Shown: piece after piece, positions 59,342 through 64,000 of the stretch
How the letters are laid out: each line of letters opens with the position of its first letter
How positions within the stretch are numbered: position 1 is the first letter of the stretch
Source of the DNA: an uncultured Chitinophagaceae bacterium
GTDB taxonomy: Bacteria > Bacteroidota > Bacteroidia > Chitinophagales > Chitinophagaceae
Length of the DNA stretch: 64,000 nucleotides
Direction: 5' to 3'
NCBI GenBank assembly: GCA_963835995.1
Contig: CAWIHW010000001.1
Span: 1,687,700 to 1,751,699, forward strand
Position numbers and translations under genes: made by a program
The notes under the pieces: model-generated
Told to the model about the DNA's origin: nothing
The model's database searches: none
What the model saw: the letters and a program-made list of their open reading frames with translations, nothing else

Positions 59342-59980
59342 ATGAATAAAGAACAAAAACAGGAAGTAATAGATGCTTTGAAAGACAAATTTTCACAGTA
59401 TACTAATTTCTATATAACCGATACGGAAAAGCTTACGGTGGCACAGGTGAATACGCTTCGCCGTCATTGCTTCGACAAACAGGTGGAAATGAAGGTGGCC
59501 AAGAATTCCCTTATTAAAAAGGCTTTGGAGAGCCTTGGTAACGATAAATATTCCGGTGTGTACGATTCGTTGCACCAGGTGACAGCACTGATGTTTAGCG
59601 AAAGCCCTAAAGATCCGGCGCTAATCATCTCTAGTTTTCGTAAAGAGATGCATGGCGACAGGCCGGTATTAAAAGCTGCTTTTCTGAATGGTGACATCTT
59701 TGTAGGCGATAACCAACTGGTAACGCTTACTAAGATCAAAACTAAAAATGAAATGATTGGCGAGGTGATCGGATTGCTGATGTCGCCGATACAACGCGTG
59801 ATTGGTGCGTTGCAAAACAGGTCCGAAACTGTGGAAGCTAAAGTTGAATCAACTATTCAGGCTGAAGCGACTGCTCCCGAAACCAAAGCAGATACCCCTG
59901 CTTCGGATGCACCAACAGCTCCCGAGGCGAAGGCAGATGATGCTCTTGCTTCAGACACAACACTGGCGCCGGAAGCATAA
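59342..59980 (+). CDS. rplJ: 50S ribosomal protein uL10 with acidic C-terminal tail
   Basis: MKVAKNSLIKKAL, EVIGLLMSPI; rplA-rplJ-rplL context. Confidence 0.95.
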   Translation: MNKEQKQEVIDALKDKFSQYTNFYITDTEKLTVAQVNTLRRHCFDKQVEMKVAKNSLIKKALESLGNDKYSGVYDSLHQVTALMFSESPKDPALIISSFRKEMHGDRPVLKAAFLNGDIFVGDNQLVTLTKIKTKNEMIGEVIGLLMSPIQRVIGALQNRSETVEAKVESTIQAEATAPETKADTPASDAPTAPEAKADDALASDTTLAPEA

Positions 59981-60104
59981 AATGGTATTTTGATAGATAT
60001 GATGAATAGTCATACCTGTTTAAATAAATGAAACAATTTTTTTAAAACCATCCACCGGACTCCGATAATGGGGAAAGAAGGCGGAAAAAATTAAACTCAA
60101 TAAA

Positions 60105-60482
60105 ATGGCAGACGTAAAAACATTAGCTGAAAGTTTAGTAAGCTTAACAGTAAAAGAAGTTCAGGAACTGGCTGACTTTTTAAAATCAGAATATGGCATC
60201 GAGCCGGCTGCAGCTGCGGTAGTAGTAAGCGGCGGTGGTGAAGGTGGGGGTGCTCCTGCAGCTGAAGAAAAGACCTCATTCAATGTAATTCTGAAGGCAG
60301 CAGGCGCTAACAAACTGGGCGTTGTAAAAGTGGTGAAAGAACTTACCGGTCTCGGCCTGAAAGAAGCCAAGGACCTGGTAGATGGCGCTCCTAAAGCTAT
60401 AAAGGAAGGTGTTGACAAAGTTACGGCAGAAGATATTCAGAAGAAACTTGCTGATGCAGGTGCTGAAGTAGAAATTCAGTAA
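60105..60482 (+). CDS. rplL: 50S ribosomal protein bL12
   Basis: [24 protein letters not shown]. Confidence 0.98.
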   Translation: MADVKTLAESLVSLTVKEVQELADFLKSEYGIEPAAAAVVVSGGGEGGGAPAAEEKTSFNVILKAAGANKLGVVKVVKELTGLGLKEAKDLVDGAPKAIKEGVDKVTAEDIQKKLADAGAEVEIQ

Positions 60483-60505
60483 GCGAATATTCTTAAGAAA
60501 TTTTG

Positions 60506-60529
60506 AGGCCGGATTTTTCCGGCCTTTTT
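60506..60529 (+). terminator. Intrinsic terminator after rplL
   Basis: AGGCCGGA-TTTT-TCCGGCCT followed by a T-run. Confidence 0.8.
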
Positions 60530-60583
60530 ATTTGCAGGGAAATATAACGGTAACGGTTATACGAAGTTAAATAGTACCCGGGC

Positions 60584-62404
60584 TTAATTGCTGTCCTTCC
60601 TTTTGCGCCTCCATCGTTTTTCATGATAAATAGCTTTGCACTTATCTGTCATTTCAATGAATTCCTCTTCAAGATAATTGCCTTTCTTCAGTGCTGAAGT
60701 GGCAATGTCTTTTATATCGTCCCATTCCACATCATCCGGGAAATATTTAGATTCTCTCAATTTGAGGCCGAGCATAGTAACTGCAGTAGCAAATCGGAGG
60801 TCAGAAGAAACAGAATCAAACGGAAGGTAATTATCAGGGCAAATATAGGTGACATAATTTCCTGTAGTATCGTGCGGTAACTCGTAATGCAACGTGACAT
60901 TTGCATAATAGGGAAGATTGTTTTTAATACTATCCTTTGGTACCGGCACTATCTCAAATATTGCAGTATTGCCGGTTTGCGGGCCTAATTCGCCACCCTC
61001 CAATTCTTCCCCCTGCATATCGAGTATGTTTCGTTTGTTTTCATAACCGATCAGCCGGTATTCTCTTACAAGATTTGAATTGAAGGTTACAGACAAATAC
61101 ACATCGTTTGCAATAGTGTACAGTGTTTGCGTAAATTCTTTTACCAAAACCTTTTCGGCCTCCCTGATATCATCGAGGTAAGCAAAGTTGCCGTTGCCTT
61201 TTTTGGCGAGAACCTCAATTTTAGAGTCCTTATAGTTGCCCATGCCAACGCCGAGGCAGGTCAGATAGACCCCGGTTTCTTTTTCTTTTGAGATCAATTC
61301 TTCCAATGCTTTTTCGCTCGATTCGCCGATATTAAAGTCTCCGTCAGTGGCGAGAATAATACGGTTGTTACCATTCTTGATAAAGGTGCTTTTGGCAAGT
61401 TTGTATGCGGCCCGGATAGCCGCTTCGCCAGGCGTATCGCCTTCTGCATTCAGTTCTTCAATGGCTTTGGTGATCTTATTTTTTTGATCACCGCTTGTGG
61501 GAGGCAGCCATATGCCAACTGTACCGCCATAGGTAACGATTGAGACGGTATCTTTTGCCCTTAAATTTCTCACCAATAACTGAAACGCTTCTTTTAACAA
61601 GGGCAACCGGTTGGGCAGATCCATGCTGCCCGATACGTCAATAAGAAAGACCAGATTGGAAGGAGGTACGTTTTCCAGGTTGAGTTTTTTGTCCGAAAGG
61701 CTTAAGAACAACAAGCGGTGATCATTGTTCCATGGACAGTCAGTTAGTTGAGATTCTAATCTGAAGATATTTTTTCCCTGCGGTTCTTTATAATTGAAAT
61801 TGAAATAATTTAACATTTCATCTATCCTCACGGCATCAATAGGTACTTTTTCACCCTGGTTTATAAATCGTCTCACATTGCTATAAGATGCCTTATCAAT
61901 GCGCATCGCAAGAGCAGTGGTATGGCTGCTTCCTGTCTTTATAAAATCATTTTCTAAAATGCTGTTGTAGGTTTCATCATTATAGTAAGAGGCGGGATAA
62001 ATATGCCCCTCGCTGCCAAATGTGAGCGAAATAAGTTTTTGCTTTTGCGTATTAATGCCGCCTGCTCCAACGCCGCCGATCATTTTTAAAGTGATTTCCT
62101 GGTAGACGTTCGTCTTAATTTTTAAGGCCCGTGTCTCATAACCATCTGCGCTGAAAATGAGGGAATCGTATAAGTAAGAAGACGGAATACCAAATCCGCC
62201 GGTGTTGCCACTGTAATAGAGACGACGGGTAGCGGGCATATATATTTTTACATTCTGTAAGGGTTGATTTCGTTCGTCCTTTACATCGCCCCTGATGTAG
62301 TATTGTGCGGCTGCAGGCAGTATCAGGGCTAAACAGAAAAAAGTAATAAATACTTTCCGCAAGCAGTTTTTATTTTGTAAGGTATACGCTTCTTTACAAA
62401 GCAA
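60584..62404 (-). CDS. YfbK-like von Willebrand factor A domain protein (CarboxypepD-like N-domain, vWA, DUF3520)
   Basis: DKASYSNVRRFI, VFLIDVSGSM, ILATDGDFNIG, YRLIGYENKR; probable start TTG 62362. Confidence 0.9.
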   Translation of the reverse strand: MLCKEAYTLQNKNCLRKVFITFFCLALILPAAAQYYIRGDVKDERNQPLQNVKIYMPATRRLYYSGNTGGFGIPSSYLYDSLIFSADGYETRALKIKTNVYQEITLKMIGGVGAGGINTQKQKLISLTFGSEGHIYPASYYNDETYNSILENDFIKTGSSHTTALAMRIDKASYSNVRRFINQGEKVPIDAVRIDEMLNYFNFNYKEPQGKNIFRLESQLTDCPWNNDHRLLFLSLSDKKLNLENVPPSNLVFLIDVSGSMDLPNRLPLLKEAFQLLVRNLRAKDTVSIVTYGGTVGIWLPPTSGDQKNKITKAIEELNAEGDTPGEAAIRAAYKLAKSTFIKNGNNRIILATDGDFNIGESSEKALEELISKEKETGVYLTCLGVGMGNYKDSKIEVLAKKGNGNFAYLDDIREAEKVLVKEFTQTLYTIANDVYLSVTFNSNLVREYRLIGYENKRNILDMQGEELEGGELGPQTGNTAIFEIVPVPKDSIKNNLPYYANVTLHYELPHDTTGNYVTYICPDNYLPFDSVSSDLRFATAVTMLGLKLRESKYFPDDVEWDDIKDIATSALKKGNYLEEEFIEMTDKCKAIYHEKRWRRKRKDSN

Positions 62405-62433
62405 AAATTCTTAATAAAAAAATAATATTTCTA

Positions 62434-62970
62434 TTACTCAACCAGTTGGTAAATTTCTTTGATATTTCTTCCTAAGCCGTCGTAGTCGAGGCCATATCCG
62501 ATTACGAATTTGTTGGGGATAGTAAATCCAAGATAGTCAATTTTTATTGGATGTACCATAGCGTCAGGCTTGTGAAGCAGCGCAGCGATTTTCAGAGAGG
62601 CCGGATGTTGGTGTTTCAGCTGCGGCAAAAACTGATGCAACGTTTTGCCCGTATCCACAATATCTTCTACGATGATCACGTGCCGGTTGTGGAGGTCTGC
62701 ATCGAGACCGATAGCTGTCACCACTTTACCTGTTGATTTTACTCCTTTATAAGAGGCAAGTTTAATAAAACTAATCTCGGATTCAACCGACACTTGCTTG
62801 AAAAGATCCGACGCAAAGATGAAGGCACCGTTTAGAATAGCAATAAATAACGGACGCTTATCTTTATAATCTCGGCTGATCTCAATGGCAACTCTTTCTA
62901 CTTCTTTTTCAATTTGCGCAGCACTTAAGTAAGGAGTAAATTTCTTATCGTGTACCTGGATGATATTCAT
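62434..62970 (-). CDS. hpt: Hypoxanthine phosphoribosyltransferase
   Basis: ILNGAFIFASDL, IVEDIVDTGKT, FVIGYGLDY. Confidence 0.96.
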   Translation of the reverse strand: MNIIQVHDKKFTPYLSAAQIEKEVERVAIEISRDYKDKRPLFIAILNGAFIFASDLFKQVSVESEISFIKLASYKGVKSTGKVVTAIGLDADLHNRHVIIVEDIVDTGKTLHQFLPQLKHQHPASLKIAALLHKPDAMVHPIKIDYLGFTIPNKFVIGYGLDYDGLGRNIKEIYQLVE

Positions 62971-62971
62971 A

Positions 62972-64000
62972 TTATTTTGAAACGATCAAGCGCTGACCTG
63001 TTTTTAAATTATTACTGTCAAGTTTATTCCACTGCTTCAGTTGATCAATGGTGACACTATAGTGTCGTGAAATGGTATACAAATTTTCCCTTTCCCGCAC
63101 CGTGTGTATCACAACAGGTCTTTTTTCGTGCCCGGTATTTCCGTTAGTTACATCATTATCTGAAACGGCTTGAGTAATTTGTGGCCTTAAATATATTTTG
63201 GTACCTGGGTAAAGATGATCTGCAGAAGTGATATCGGAATTATAGTCGTAAAGGTTTTGCAGCAGCACACCATTTTTTTGCGCCACATCATAAAGCGATT
63301 CATCTCCCTGAACGATATAAAAATCTTTATCGCCTTGCTTCTGTTTTTTTTCCAGAAAGATATATTGGTCCTTATCGAGCAATCCGTCGTGTTGCAGATC
63401 GTTCATCTCCAGTAATCGGTTCAGGTTGATATTGTTTTGTGTAGCGATAGCCAGCAATGAAGTTCCTTTTGTTGCAAATAAAGCCTTACTGCCATTAATG
63501 GTTACCGGGTTTATTGATGTACCATTCACTATATCTTCAGGCTGCAACGTGTCATTTGTATTTAGCTCACTGTTCACCGCATAGCTCGGGTTATCGGAAT
63601 ATGGGATCTCATTTAGCCCGGCAATGGTGTACTGTTGCAGGTTATTGTCTTCAATATATTTTATAAGTATTTCCGGATATTTTGGATTGGTGGCATATCC
63701 TGCCTTGCTGAGGCCGTACGCCCAGCCTTTGTAATCCAGTGGATCAAGCCTGAAAAGAAAAGCGTAGCGATCACTGCCGCGAAGAAAGTTAGAATGATCT
63801 CGGTAAGAATCTTCCGCTGATTTATAAACACGAAAGCATTCTCCAGGGGCATCATCGTCATGATGGAAGGTGGCAGCCGTCCATGTGCTTTTACATTTTA
63901 TTCCAAAATGATTGTTTGCTTTTGTCGCCAGTTCGCTGTTTCCATTTTCTGATTCCAGCAGGCCTTGTGCCAAAGTAATTGCGGCGGGTATTCCCATTCT
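62972..64000 (-). CDS. GH73 glucosaminidase with LysM domains (N-terminus beyond the window end)
   Basis: AQGLLES, NNHFGIKC, AGYATNPKY; LysM repeats (HTVRERENLYTISRHYSVTIDQLKQWN). Confidence 0.92.
   Translation of the reverse strand, partial: RMGIPAAITLAQGLLESENGNSELATKANNHFGIKCKSTWTAATFHHDDDAPGECFRVYKSAEDSYRDHSNFLRGSDRYAFLFRLDPLDYKGWAYGLSKAGYATNPKYPEILIKYIEDNNLQQYTIAGLNEIPYSDNPSYAVNSELNTNDTLQPEDIVNGTSINPVTINGSKALFATKGTSLLAIATQNNINLNRLLEMNDLQHDGLLDKDQYIFLEKKQKQGDKDFYIVQGDESLYDVAQKNGVLLQNLYDYNSDITSADHLYPGTKIYLRPQITQAVSDNDVTNGNTGHEKRPVVIHTVRERENLYTISRHYSVTIDQLKQWNKLDSNNLKTGQRLIVSK

Overview
This is a Bacteroidota chromosome segment, most likely Chitinophagaceae-like (inferred from SusC/SusD, gldD/gldE, T9SS C-terminal domains and TAnnTTTG promoters). 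From left to right it holds: (1) a polysaccharide-utilisation locus (partial GH115-like gene, SDR, two tandem LacI repressors with a recognisable operator, susC/susD, DadA-like oxidoreductase, galM, GH28); (2) an orphan response regulator and an accessory module of a decayed adenylyl-sulfate kinase (cysC) remnant, a TIGR03032 protein and an FG-GAP/T9SS protein; (3) a class D beta-lactamase-like gene with an altered catalytic motif; (4) the mutY-ssb-gldE-gldD and HU-TPR-bS22-Rne/Rng housekeeping clusters; (5) GH78, Gfo/Idh/MocA, MscS, SGNH and zinc-peptidase genes; (6) an orphan secreted-type 124-aa peptide ending in twelve consecutive W-x-x triplets, a candidate multi-cyclophane RiPP precursor and the most striking item; (7) an atpBEFH / atpA operon split by a 5-kb opposite-strand insert; (8) a membrane glycosyltransferase pseudogene; (9) the rpsU-xerC-hpf-tRNA-tuf-secE-nusG-rplKAJL region, carrying a degenerate tRNA-Thr copy, a REP/MITE-like element and a six-gene insertion (helicase, second SSB, RNase-barstar); and (10) vWA, hpt and GH73-LysM genes. 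No CRISPR array, rRNA, transposase or radical SAM gene was seen. All family assignments come from motif recognition by eye, not from database searches.
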